Positions 25,001 to 38,410 of a stretch of DNA of 64,000 bases are shown piece after piece. The stretch is taken from contig OZ336870.1 in NCBI GenBank assembly GCA_965287045.1, forward strand, positions 58,900,001 to 58,964,000, in the 5' to 3' direction. The notes below the pieces were generated by a model. It was not told the origin of the DNA. It did no database searches and saw only the letters and a list, made by a program, of their open reading frames with translations. How positions within the stretch are numbered: position 1 is the stretch's first letter; every line of letters starts with the position of its first letter. The translations under genes and the position numbers were made by a program. This stretch comes from Carcharhinus amblyrhynchos (lineage: Eukaryota).

Positions 25001-27686
25001 TGTTGAGGTGGATGATTATTTAACAGCTTCTCACTCACTCTTTTACATGGCACACCTGGAACAGATGTGTGTGCTTCAGTGGTGTCTTGATGACAACATA
25101 TCAAATGAAGTTTTCCACTAACCTAATAGTATGGAACTGTTGCTCAATGTATCTTTGGCTGAATGGAGGGGCTGGGACAAAAACAGCAGAAGGAGTTTAT
25201 ATAAATTCAGAGCTAGTGCTAGCCTCAAGTTTCACCATGCAATGCATTATTCATGACCCCTTTGTAGGACAACCTATTAAAGTGGGTCAAATGAGTAAGG
25301 GAAGGAAGTCTGCCTCCCATGTTTTCTCCCCTGCTTGTGATGTGCATGTCTTGAAATTTCTCAAAGTGTGTACAGCGATATTCATATGTCATACAGCCGC
25401 GAGTGGTCATGAGTTTATGAAAATGACTCGCAAACCAGGTGCCAGAGTCTTAGGATAAAGGATTGGTCACTTAGGACTGAGATACAGAGAAAACTTTTTA
25501 CACAGAAGGCTGTGAATCTTTGGAATTCTCCATTGCGGAGAATCGTGGATGCTCAGATGTTGAGTAAATTCAAGAGGTGGATAGATTCTTGGGCACTAAG
25601 AGAATTAAAGAATATGGGGTCAGGGTGAGGAAACAGAAGTTCAGCTATTATCTTATTGAATGGGAGGGCATTCTCCAGCTCTTATTTGTTATACTTTTTT
25701 TGACACGGTGTATTCATGCCAATAATGTGTCACAGGAATTGTGTGGCTATGAGAGAAGAATCACTTAAAACAGAAAGGAACTGCTGTAAAGACTAGTATA
25801 TTATATATTAAACATTCATAGGAAGCATTCAACGGACAGTAAAACTGCCTGAATGTGAAGTAGCTTTAAAGATCATGAATGTGTAACAGACAACAATGCA
25901 ATCCCTGTCGCTTATAGCAAGCAGGTTGGTGTTCATGTGGTTCTCTTACTATGTGCAGTGAATGTGAAAAGCAAAGAGACAAGTAATCAACATATTCTTA
26001 AAAATCAGAAGATCTCACTTAGCAACTGCATCTCCTAATTGTTAGCATTCGCATCCAGAATCTCTGCACCAAGGTAATCACACTTTAATGATGTGCCAAT
26101 ACCTGATTGAAACTGTTTAAAGATCCAATTTTGCCTAAAATCAGCAACACTTTTAAAATCATTAAGCGCACCACATGGGATTAAAAAAGTGCAAACAGTT
26201 GATTGAACTTGCTTGAGGATCCAAAATGGTGAACTCAGGAGAGTCTGTTAATTAGAGGGTAAGTATTTTTGAACTGTCTGAAGTAGTCAGTGTACGTCAT
26301 GTATTATAAGTGGCATCTTTGCTATTGATGATGGTGCCAATTGCCCAATATTGGAGGTTGCGTGTGCTGAGGACTGCATTCAAAGCAATGCTTTTTTATT
26401 GGATCAGTTGTGGTCATCAAACATCTTTTAGCACTGTATTTAGGCCAACTTAACACTGTTAAAAATACAATTGGTATTGATGTCTGTAGCAATGTCCTGC
26501 AATTCTGATCCATTTATGTGCTCACTTGATTAGGGAGACCAAAATGTAAATTTTCAATCTTGCATACGCCAATAAGATTGCAATGGCACTGCAAGTTCCT
26601 GCAAGCTTTCAGTGGCAAATGATTTCATGACCAACAATTAGAAAGCTTCAATTAAAGAGATTGACCCATTAAGCTTGTCCACATGGTGCAAATTAGGCTG
26701 AGGACAAAAATAGAGCTGGTTTCAATGCATTGATTTTGGTTGCTGCTAAGGTAGCACAACTCAACCTGACTGTTTTTTTTCATATATTGCACCATTGTTT
26801 GTTTTCTGGGAGAGTGGCTGTGTGGATCAAGAGCATCATGATGAAGTGGCTCTCCTCATCTAGATCATGCAGTAGTAAGGGAGTGGACAGAGTGAGGTCT
26901 GTCATTTCAAACATCACAAGTGTTACTTGCATTACTGTGGTTATTTCAAACATTAAATATAAGTGTTGTAGAGCAAAGGTTTTGATTATGTGGAAAGGAT
27001 TAGATAGGATATAGTGGAGAAACAAAAACATTTGATACAACCAGTCCATACTGGTGTTTCTGCTCCACTCCAGCATCCCCTCATTTTTCCTGACTGAATG
27101 ATAGGTAGCTCGGAGGGATTGCAACAAATTTGTGTACATCACGAGGTAGAGCAAATGTTAATGGAAGAAGAAAGTGTGAGTAGTTGCGTAAAGGTAAGAT
27201 ATCAATGTGTTAATAGGGCAATAAACATCAGCACTCAGTGAGAGCAATATTAACGAACAAGTAGCAGATGGCCCATTGTGTGGGGATGGGAGGGGGGGTT
27301 TGGATCGGGGCAAAAAATGTCTAGAATATATTTATAAAGAAAGGTCACAGACTCAAGTTGTTGAATTCAATATTGAGTCCTGAGTTTGTAATGTGCCAAA
27401 TCAGAAAATGAGATGCTGTTCCTGAGGTGAACCTGCCACGCTAGTCTAGACAGATCTTGAAAGATAACCTTTATTAAAACACAGGCTTCAAGTCCTCAAT
27501 GGCAGAACAGGTGGAAAACTGAAGTACGTGTGCACATCTACACCTGTGGAAACAGATGAATGCAGTGGTGGGGTTGGCACTCATCAGTCATCACTCACCA
27601 TGGTTTGCTGCACCATTGGGTAATAATTGCCAACCCATCAAGCTTGTGTGGTTGTCGACTACATGTCAAATACTTGCATAACTTGT

Positions 27687-27788
27687 GCGTCGAGTGCGTC
27701 GGGGACTGCACTCGACGCTGCTTACCCATCACTGCAAGGTATGCGAGTATACCTCGCATATACTCGAGGTATACTGCGGGTCTCTAGT
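27687..27788 (+). mobile_element. Candidate Helitron-like 3' terminus (hairpins plus CTAG|T)
   Basis: 11-bp inverted repeats 27687-27697/27708-27718 and 27746-27756/27765-27775, then gggtctCTAGt. Confidence 0.45.
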
Positions 27789-28570
27789 CACAAGTCAAGT
27801 ACATAGTCAGTGAATGCCTGATAGTTGCTGTGCTCCTGGATTTGAGACAGAATTAGCTGCCAAACAGCAGCATCCATGACTGAGCAGTTCTCTTTAGAGT
27901 TCCCTTCACTGCTCAAGTCACTTGCACAGGCGACTAGAAAAGATGCCCTCATTATAGGCTGCATCAAACTGCCCTGATCTGGAAACTGCATCTGGTGGAT
28001 CCATCACCCTTGGGGTCAAAAACACAACAAACAACAAAATACATGAATTTCTGACTTGGAATATGTGCACTCTTATGGAAAATTAAAATAATGCATACCA
28101 TGAAAGGCCTTAGTTTCTCAGAAGCTCATGAGATAGAACATTAATGTTAGTGTTCTCAGTGAAACCAGATTCCTTGAGAAAGCCCAGCTTAGAGAGGAAG
28201 GAAAAGGATACATTTTCTTCTGATAGGCAAAAATAGAGAAGGATAATTTTATCTGTGAAGTTGATTCACTAACAAAAACAGAACCACAGTTATAATTATG
28301 AGAACTTGCAATTGTATTAATAAATGGCTTAAGACCCAATGCCTTCAGCCTACTGGCAATGAATGGGCCACAATCATAGTGCACTCGCAATCAATTCTAC
28401 AAACAAAACCAAAGAGCTCATTTCTACAGATCTGAATTCCATTCCTATAGATGTTTCAGATAAAATAAATTAATTTTACTCAGTTTAGTGGACATGGCTA
28501 CAACATCTGAATGAGCACCACTGAGAAAGAGGGCCTAGGGAAAGAAAACGGCAATGGTCTTTTCCTTCTT

Positions 28571-28880
28571 GGCACAGTGGTTGGCACTGCTGCCTCACAG
28601 TGCCAAGGACACAGATTCAATTCCAGCCTTGGGTCACTATCTGTGTGGCGTTTGCATGTTCTCCCTGTGTAGGCGTGGGGTTCCTTCGAGTGTTCGGTTT
28701 TCCTCCCACAGTCCAAAGATGTGTATGTTAGGTTGATTGAACATGCTAAGTTGCCCTTTAGTGTTAGGGAATTAACAGAATAAATAAGTAGAGTATGGGG
28801 ATAGGGCTTGGGTGGGATTGTGGTCAGTGTAGACTCGATGGCTAAATGGTTCCCTTCTGCACTGTAGAGAATCTATGATT
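28571..28880 (+). mobile_element. HE1-type V-SINE inside the RTE endonuclease
   Basis: ggcacagtggttggcactgctgcctcacag head, V-domain, tail cttctgcactgtagagaatctatgatt. Confidence 0.9.
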
Positions 28881-30289
28881 CCTCACCAAGTGCTCGTATT
28901 CACCAGCAGAGATATATTCTTTCATCAGAAAGATAAATATTAGACTACCTGGACACACCCTTTTTCAAGCATGGGCACTTTCTGGACTATGTCAATGTCC
29001 ACACCAGGGATAGGGAAGAATAGGCACATCACCAGAGCAGGGTCCAAAAGGCCATTGTTCACTTCGTACCCTGGCACCTAAACATGAAAGTTCCTCAGTG
29101 AAATCCAGGAGAAGATTTAACATCCACATTCTCCAACATACAAAAACAAGGTAACAATCCAGGTGTAACTTTCTTCCTATCTTGCACTGACATGTTCCTT
29201 CAATACTAATGTGTGAGGTCTTTGGATCAGAGTCAAATCTGCGATCCAAGCTGCATGCACCCAGATTATTGGGTTTGAATCACATCAGCACCAAGACTGG
29301 CTTGGTGAGAATGATAGAAGAAATATGCAAAATTCTCGATCGGAAACACCTATCTGCAAAAATCATCTTACAAATAGCAGAAATTAGAAGAACACTACTC
29401 AAATCTAAAACTCAGAGAAAGATACAAGCCATCCAAAATAGGTAATGGTTGAGAAGGCCATAAAATCAAATGCTACCCAAACCATAACATTTAGCTTAAT
29501 AATAGAAAAGAGCAGGGAACACATTAATTGAAATTCTAAACTGGAAAATTTCAGTGCGATGAAATGTGACCCAGCCAGGTTGAAACCAAAACGAATGTTG
29601 TAACATGCCTTTCAGAAGAGAAGTGTGTCACCCAGTCTTAGTCTCACTTTGCACACATACAGTTCTGTTGCTGATGTCTTCAAGATTTGTATCTATGAAT
29701 ATCTGTTCTCATATGCCTTGCCTAAATAAATGAACCAAAGCAATGTTTGAGTGATTGGTACCTTTGTATCATTAGAGCAACACAATTTGATGCTCAACAG
29801 TGGTCACACAACCTGGTAGCAACATTAAGCACAGGTACAACATGGTAACCAACATGGTAACCTTGCTACATTTTCATGAGATAACCCTCAATGTTCTGGT
29901 CAGATGGCAGTGAAGATGTAGCATTGGAGAGTGTTGAAATTGCGCCGTGGTGACTGCACATAAAAGCTTTGAAGACGCAGTGCTGGGATAGTGTGCAAAT
30001 AGGTAGATGGGTTCCTCAAGGTGCGGTTGCAGTATATAGCCTGTCAGTTTACTGAATAGGAAGGAAAGCACATCGAGAGGACGTTCACTGGGTTAGCTCA
30101 GTTGGGATTGTTAAGTGATCGGGGAGTGGGCTAGACCAAAAGCAAGTGAGGGAAAAGTGAAAAAAATGGACAAGAAAATGTCACGATTATAATGGACAGA
30201 GCTTCAGGAAAGTGTACAGAAGTACAGGATAAAGGTAGAATAATAATTTCTTTATATCAGTGTTACTGAGGAAAATTGGAACTAAAAAA

Positions 30290-32620
30290 AATCATCACAA
30301 GTGGAGATAGTGAAGGCAATGGATCACAGAAATTAAAAGGGAGGAAGTACTGGAATGGCTGGCTAAGCTTGGGATGAAGAAGTCATCTGGTCCAATGGCT
30401 TTCATCCCAAATTGGACATCGTGGAAACTTTGCCTTAATCTTTAAACCTTCCTTTGATATGGGGGGGTGTGCCAGAGATTTGGAGAGTGGTAAAGGTGAC
30501 ACTATTATTCAGAAGAGAGTATAAGAACAGTTCTAGCAACTACAGGTCAATTAGTTTAACATTAGTGGTGGATAGGATTTTGAGATTCATCAGGGATGAA
30601 AATCAACAGGCACTGGGAGGAATTTGGATTGACTAAGGAGAGTTAACACAGATTTGCAAAAGGTAGATCATGCTTGACAAATCTAATAGTATTTTTATTG
30701 AAATAACAGAGAAGGTTGAAGAACGGAATGCTGTGGATACCATCCACATGGGTTTTAAGAAAACATTTGATATAATAAAAAGTAGCACGTAAAAGGCTGA
30801 TTAACAAAAGTAATGCTTGTGTAATAGGAGGGTCAATGTAATTGGATAAAATATTGGCTTTTCAATTATTTCAACCAAAGTGAATAACTTCACACTTCCC
30901 TAAAATATAATCCATCTGAATCTAGGTATACTACATCTACTTATTCCCCTTTATCTACCTTACTAATTACATCCTCAAAAATATCAAGTGTGTTAAACAA
31001 TATTTCCCTTTAGGAAAACCAAATGGTAATGACCTGAAAATTACTGTCAATGGGGGTGGTGACATGGAACAATCAATGATTTTAAAAGTAATTTAAATGT
31101 GCGCCTGAAGGAATTGAACTTCCAGTATTATGGGGATCGAAGGAGCTGGTAGAAATCGCGTTTAACTAACTTGCTGGAGTTTATTGAAGAGATAACCCAG
31201 ATAGGTTGATGATGATGTGGTGTACATGGACTTTCAGAACGCAGTTGATACTGTGTCACAATGATTTGTGAGAAAAGCTCATGGAATAAAAGGGACTGTT
31301 GCAACATGGATATAAAACAGGCTGACAATAATAGGAAGCAGAGAGTAATCGTCAATGGATATGTTTTAGGCTGGAGGAAGGTTTGTAGTGATGTTCCCCA
31401 TGGATAGGTATTGGGACCCTTGCTTTTCCTTACATATGAACGAGCTAGATATTGGTGTGCTGGGACAATTTCAAAGTTTGGGGATGCCACAAAACTTGGC
31501 AGTATTGTAAACTGTGAAGAGGACAGCGTAAAACTTCAAAAGGACAGGTACCAGCTGGTGGAGTGTGCAGATTGATGGCAGATGAAGTTCAGTGCAGAGA
31601 AGTGTAAGGTGATGGACTTTGGTAGGAAGAGCATGGAGAGACTACATAAAATAAAGGGTCACATTTTAAATGGGTGCAGGAGCAAAGGGACCTGGGTAAA
31701 TGTGTGCATAGTTCATTGAAAGTGGCAAGACAGGTAGAAAGAGCAGTTAATAAAGCATGTGGTATTGTGTGTTTATTAATAGGGGCACAAGAGTACAAGA
31801 ACAAGGAGGTAATGCTGAACCTATACGAGACACTAGTTAGATCTCAGTTGGAATATTGTGCACCATTCTGGGTGACAACACTAAAGGAAGGAATGCATTG
31901 GAGAGGATGCAGAAGAGGTTTATAAGAATGTTTTCTGAGATGACATACTTCAGTTATGAAGGTAAATTGGAGACATTGGGACTGTTCCCTTTGGAGCAAA
32001 GGTGGTTAAGAGGAGATTTGATAGAGATGTTGAAAATCATGATGGGGCTGGACAGATTATAAAGGGAGAAATTGTTCCCAACTGTAAAAGGATCAAGACT
32101 GAGAAGGCACAAATTTAAATTAACAAAAACAGAAATGCTGGAAAACCCAGCAGGTCTGACACCATCTGTGGAAGAAGAACAGAACCAATGTTTTGAGTCT
32201 GAATGTCAGAGTAGGTCCTGCTCTGACAAAGGGTCATCCAGTCTCTAAACATTCGCCCTATTCTCTCTGCACAGATTCTGAGAGACCTGCTGAGATTTTC
32301 CAACATTTTCTGTTTTTGTTTCAGATTTCAGCATCTGCAGTATTTTGCTTTTAACAGATTTAAAGTGATTTGCAAAAGAAACAAATGTAATGTAAGATAA
32401 ATGTTTTCCCACAATGAGTGATTCAGGCCTGGAATACACTGCCTGGTAATGTGATGGAGGCAGGTTCTTTCGAAGCATTCAAGAGGGCATTGAATAGAAT
32501 ATGGTTATAGGGAAAAGGTAGGGGAATGTCACTAAATCATGATGCTCGTCTGGAGAGCCAGTGCAGACATGATGGGCCAAATGGCTTCCTTTTGCACTGT
32601 AACAATCCTATGATTCTGAG
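30290..32620 (+). mobile_element. Cluster of older CR1 fragments (30290-30860 +, 30860-31020 -, 31155-32620 +)
   Basis: NYRSISLTLVV, QEQRDLG, LYETLVRSQLEYC, WLRGDLIEM; CR1 tail near 32610. Confidence 0.85.
32122..32353. mobile_element. Fold-back Penelope-derived element
   Basis: Inverted arms aacaaaaacagaaatgctggaaaa / ttttccaacattttctgtttttgtt; degenerate core ctgacaaagggtcatccagtctctaaac; TSD acaRatttaaa. Confidence 0.75.
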
Positions 32621-33249
32621 AACTGTGAGAAAGAACTTTTTTACAAAGCAAGTGGTAATGACCTGAAAGTTACTGTCAATGGGGGTGGTGACATGGAACA
32701 ATCAATGATTTTAAAAGTAATTTAAATGTGCACCTGAAGGAATTGAACTTCCAGTATTATGGGGATCAAAGGAGCTGGTAGAACTGACTGGATTGCTCCA
32801 CAGGGATCCACCATTGATCAGATAGACTGAATGGCCTCCTTCTATGTCATAAGTGACTCTATGACATGCACACAGCTTCAGCCAAGTCTGCAACAGATCA
32901 AAACAAATGGTTTGAAGTTAGAATTTAGTCTTATCCGATGCAGCCATCTGAGACTATTGGGAGGATCATCACAGGAACCTTTACAATCAGGAATAAACAA
33001 AATCACAAAGACGATCCCTCAAAAGCTTTAGAGATCAAATTTGGATATGCTGCCAACACTCACTGAGAAACAGAAGACAATCCAACAGATGAGGAATAAC
33101 AAGCCCTGTGGTATGGACAACACTCCTACAGAGATCTATAAAGCTGGCAGTCAGGAACTCTTGGCTCAAACTCTACAACCTTTTTACAAAAATCTGGGAA
33201 GATTTCTGGCTTCTACAATACCATAAATGTGAGGTTATCCACTTTGGTA

Positions 33250-34169
33250 ACATAAGAACATAAGAAATAGGAGCAGGAGTAGGCCATCTGGCCCTTCGAG
33301 CCTGCCCCGCCATTCAATAAGATCATGGCTGATCTGTCGTGGCTCAGTTCCACTTTCCCGCCCTCTCCCCATAACCCTTAATCCCCTCTCTTATCAAAAA
33401 CCCATCAACCTGCTTCTTAAAAATATTTAGCGAGGCAGCCTCCACCACTTCAACGGGCAGAGAATTCCAGAGATTCACCACTCTTTGAGTGAAGAAGTTC
33501 CTCCTCAACTCCGTTCTAAACCGCCCCCCCTTTATCTTGAGGCTGTGCCCCCTAGTCCTACTGTCTTTTTTGAGCGGGAAGAGTCTCTCCACCTCTCTCC
33601 TATCCATCCCATTCATCATCTTATACATCTCAATGAGATCTCCCCTCATTCTTCTAAACTCTAACGAGTACAAGCCCAGTTTATTCAGCCTCTCCTCATA
33701 GCTCAACCCCCTCAACTCCGGTATCAGCCTAGTAAACCTCCTCTGCACTCCCTCCAAGGCCAAAATATCTTTGCGCAGGTGCGGCGCCCAAAACTGCACA
33801 CAGTACTCCAGCTGCGGCCTCACCAATGCCCTATACAGCTGCAGCAAGACCTCCCTACTTTTATATTCAATCCCCCTCGCTATGAAGGCCAGCATCCCAT
33901 TCGCCTTCCTGACCACCTGCTGCACCTGCAAGCTGGGTTTTTGCGACTCATGCACAAGGACCCCGAGGTCCCTCTGCACCGTCGCCTGCTGCAGTTTTTC
34001 GCCACGTAAGTAATAGTCCTTCCTACCATTCTTCCTACCAAAGTGGACCACCTCACACTTGCCAACATTAAATTCCATTTGCCATTTCCTGGCCCATTCG
34101 CCCAGCCTATCTAGATCCTTCTGCAGACTCTCCACACCCTCCGCACAATTTGCCGTTCCCCCAATCTTA
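33250..34169 (-). mobile_element. Young CR1 LINE (open 263-aa ORF2 end) inside an older + strand CR1 (33225-33249 and 34170-35300)
   Basis: ORF 33344-34135; host CR1 tgtgaggttatccactttggta|aaaaacaggaaggcagattatt rejoins across it. Confidence 0.95.
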
Positions 34170-34219
34170 CAAAAACAGGAAGGCAGATTATTTTCTCAAT
34201 GGCTATAAATTGAGACAGG

Positions 34220-34615
34220 AGAGACTTTTTTTTTTCCCCTGGAACGTAGGGTGCTTAGGGATGATCTTACTAAGGTCTATAAAATAATAACAGTCAACAT
34301 TGTTTCCTGAAGGTAGGGGAATCTAAAACTAGAGGGCATAGGTTTGAGGGAAGAGATACAAAGGGGTCCAGAGTGGTAATTTTTTCCACACAGAGGGTGG
34401 TGAATGTCTGGAACGAGCTGTCAGATGTAATAGTAGACATGGGTACAATTTAGTCTTTTAAAAATCATTTAGACAATTGCATGGGTAAGATTGGTATCGA
34501 AGGATATGGGTCAAAAGCGGGCAATTGGGAATAGCTTAGTAGTAAAAACTGGGTGGCATGGACAAGTTAGGCCGAAGGCCTGTTTCCATAATGTAAACTC
34601 TATGACTGTATGACC
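34220..34615 (+). mobile_element. Further CR1 3' end nested in the older CR1
   Basis: ctagagggcatagg...gagggtggtgaatgtctggaacgagctg; tail ctatgactgtatgac. Confidence 0.7.
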
Positions 34616-35659
34616 TGGCTGTTCTCATATACTAGTCTCTGAAAGTAAGCATGCAGCTCAGCAGGTGGAAAAGTAGGTAAATGGTATGTTGATCTTCATA
34701 GTGAGAAGAATCAGCACAGGAGCGGGGATGTCTTGATGCAGTTATACAGGGCTTTGGTGAGGACACACCTAATATATCATGTGCAATTCTGAGGTTCTTG
34801 CTATGAAAGGAGTTCAGCAAAGGATTCTTGGGATGGCGGGACTGATGTATGAGGAAAGATTGAATTCGTTAGGATTATATTCGCTGGAGTTCAGACAAAT
34901 GAAGGGGGATCTCATATAAAACTATAAAATTCTAACAGGGCCAGACAGGGTAGATGTAGGAAGGATATTCCCGATGATGGGGTGCCCAGAACCAGGGATC
35001 ACACTCCAAGAATAAGAAGTAAACATTTTAGGACTGAGATGAAAATAAATTTCTTCAGCCAGAGAACCGTAAGCCTGTGAAATTCATTACTACTGAAAGC
35101 AATTGAGGACAAAATATTGTATGTTATCAAGGAGGAGTTAGATATAGCTCTTGAGAGGGAAAGGATCAGAGGATATGGTCCTTAGTGCAGTAGGCAGCAT
35201 CAGGCTATTGAGTTAGAATGATTAGCCATGATCATACTAAATGGTGGAGCAGACTTAAAGGCTGAATGGCCTACTCCTGCTCCTATTTTCTATGTTCCTA
35301 TAGTTGTTTCACTTTTTAAGCAGGAGGAAAAATCAATTTGTGGGAACTGCAATGTTTCCTCTGTCCACCATGGGGAAGATTCTGAGACAAATCCTCCTGA
35401 ATTGCCTCCTATTCACCAGCAAATACTTTCTTACACAGACACACTGTGCACCCCAGCCATTCAGGGGAACTACAGCCACAATCTTTGTCACTCAACAAAT
35501 CCAAGCAAAGTATTTGGAACAAAACAAATGGCTCTGCATAGTATTTCTAAATTTTCAAGGGCTTTGACTCCATTAAAAGCAAAGTCCTTTCAAAAGTCTT
35601 CCAGAGCTTTGGGTGTAAGCAGAATTTGTTACTATCCCGTGATTCCAAAATGACAGAAA

Positions 35660-36718
35660 TAAGAACATGAGAACATAAGAAATAGGAGCAGGAGTAGGCC
35701 ATCTAGCCCTTCGAGCCTGCCCCGCCATTCAATAAGATCATGGCTGATCTGTCGTGGCTCAGTTCCACATTCCCACCCTCTCCCCATAACCCTTAATCCC
35801 CTCGCTTATCAAAAACCCATCAACCCGCGTCTTAAAAATATTTAGCGAGGCAGCCTCCACCACTTCAACGGGCAGAGAATTCCAGAGATTCACCACCCTT
35901 TGAGTGAAGAAGTTCCTCCTCAACTCCGTTCTAAACCGCCCCCCCTTTATCTTGAGGCTGTGCCCCCTAGTCCTACTGGCCTTTCTGAGCGGGAAGAGTC
36001 TCTCCACCTCTATCCTATCCATCCCATTCATCACCTTATACATCTCAATGAGATCTCCCCTCATTCTTCTAAACTCTAACGAGTACAAGCCTAGTTTATT
36101 CAGCCTCTCCTCATAGCTCAACCCCCTCAACTCCGGTATCAGCCTAGTAAACCTCCTCTGCACTCCCTCCAAGGCCAAAATATCCTTGCGTAAGTACGGC
36201 GACCAAAACTGCACACAGTACTCCAGCTGCAGCCTCACCAATGCCCTATACAGCCGCAGCAAGACCTCCCTACTTTTATATTCAATCCCCCTCGCTATGA
36301 AGGCCAGCATCCCATTCGCCTTCCTGACCACCTGCTGCACCTGCAGGCTGGGTTTTTGCGACTCATGCACAAGGACCCCGAGGTCCCTCTGCACCGTCGC
36401 CTGCTGCAGTTTTTCACCACGTTAAGTAATAGTCCTTCCTACCATTCTTCCTACCAAAGTGGACCACCTCACACTTGCCAACATTAAATTCCATTTGCCA
36501 TTTCCTGGCCCATTCGCCCAGCCTATCTAGATCCTTCTGCAGACTCTCCACACCCTCCGCGCAATTTGCCGTTCCACCAATCTTGGTGTCATCAGCAAAT
36601 TTTGACACCATACACTCGGTTCCCTCCTCCAGATCATCTATATAAATGGTAAATAGCTGAGGCCCCAGCACCGACCCCTGGGGCACTCCACTAGTCACCA
36701 ACCACCAATCCGAATAAT
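35660..36718 (-). mobile_element. Young CR1 LINE
   Basis: VTSGVPQGSVLGPQLFTIYIDDL...SKFADDTKIG plus a 211-aa ORF; one frameshift; same 3' UTR as the copies at 23625 and 33250. Confidence 0.95.
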
Positions 36719-37274
36719 CATCCTTTGTAATGGATTGGAGACAATTTCCTTTAATATCCAGTTAGGTATCAAACAAGCTGAGTGATTGTGCCAACATCTA
36801 CCCGAGTCTGCTCACAGGACTCATGAATGATCAATTTCCACAAGGGGTCATAATTGAGTTTCAACTTGATGGGAAGCTTTGTAACTTCAACGGGCTGAGA
36901 TTCAAGACTAAGATGACACGTCAGCATTTCCATCAGTTAAAATATGTCATGCATGGGCAGTTGTGGCCCACACTATAAATGACATTTAGACTGCAGTCAA
37001 ACTCTTCAAGTTGGCATACAAAAGGTTGGTTTGTTACTCACATTAGTATGACCAAACTTTTCCACCAGACCTCCCCTAGAGAAGTACCTACATTTCTAGC
37101 TCCTGTTATTGAGACAAAGACTTCAGAAATCATTGAACACGTTGATATCTTGGCTCATACTTTTACCATAAGGTCACCAATGAAGTGGAGAATCAGTGCA
37201 CAAGTGGGTCTTTAGTAACAGAGATCTCCATAAAAGGATAAGGCCTTAGTCTATACTTCTCAGTTGTCTACATC

Positions 37275-37892
37275 CATAAGAACATAAGGAATAGGAGCAG
37301 GAGTCGGCCATCTAATCCCCTCAAGCCTGCCCGCCATTCAACAAGATCATGGCTGATCTGAAGTGGCTCAGTTCCACTTTCCCGCTTTCTCCCCATAACC
37401 CTTAATCCCCTTGCCTACCAAAAACCTATCTACCCGCGTCTTAAATATATTTAGCAAGGTAGCCTCAACCACTTCAACGGGCAGAGAATTCCAGAGATTC
37501 ATCACCCTTTGAGTGAAGAAGTTCCTCCTCAACTCCGTTCTAAACTGCACCCCCCTTATCTTGAGGCTGTGCCCTCTAGTCCTGCTGTCCTTTCTGAGTG
37601 GGAAGAACCTCTCCACCTCTACCCTATCCATCCCTTTCATCATCTTATACGTCTCAATGAGATCTCCCCTCATCCTTCTAAACTCTAACGAGTACAAGCC
37701 CAGTCTATTCAGCCTCTCCTCATAGCTCAACCCCCTCAACTCCGGTATCAGCCTAGTGAACCTCCTCTGCACTCCCTCCAAGGCCAAAATATCCTTGCGC
37801 AAGTGCAGCGACCAAAACTGCACAGTACTCCAGCTGCGGCATCACCAGTGCCCTGTACAGTTGCAGCAAGACCTCCCTATTTTTATATTCAT
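37275..37892 (-). mobile_element. Young CR1 LINE (sister subfamily)
   Basis: ORF 37368-37823; (ttcttatg)n tail. Confidence 0.95.
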
Positions 37893-38146
37893 CCCCACCA
37901 TTTTATATGCCTACTAACAGCATGTCCAAACACTGGAGAATTTCTATCAATTTCTCTGCAGGATACTGAAAAGTCAAGTGGGAAGACAGGCAAACGAACT
38001 TCAACATCTTCGCCAAAGGGAATTCCTCCAACCATAGGAAATCAGCTCCGTTGGTCTGCAAACAGCGTCCACACACCAAATAAACTCCTTTGAGAACTGA
38101 TCCATTCTTCACAGCTTGATGGTAGGGCTGATCCCTGATCTCAAGG

Positions 38147-38410
38147 TAGGGTGGCACAGTGATTAGCATTGCTGCCTGACAATGCCAGGGAACAGTTCGA
38201 TTTCCAGTTCAAGTCACTGTCCGTGCAGAGTTTGCACGTTCTTCCTGTGTTTGCATGGGTTTCCTCCCATAATCCGAAAGACCCGGTAGTTAGGTGCGTT
38301 GGCCATGCTAAATTCTCCCTCACTGTACTCGAACAGACGCCAGAGTGTGGCCGCCAGGGGATTTTCACAGTTGTTTCACTGCAGTAAGCCTACTTGTGAC
38401 AGTAATTTAA
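38147..38410 (+). mobile_element. V-SINE (alternative tail)
   Basis: gtggcacagtgattagcattgctgcc head; gctaaattctccctc; tail gggattttcacag...gcctacttgtgac. Confidence 0.85.

Noticed and set aside
33344-36701. Longest ORFs (263 aa, 211 aa) as host genes
   Set aside because: 5'-truncated CR1 ORF2 ends; the recurring MKKFLLNSVLN ORFs are their antisense shadows
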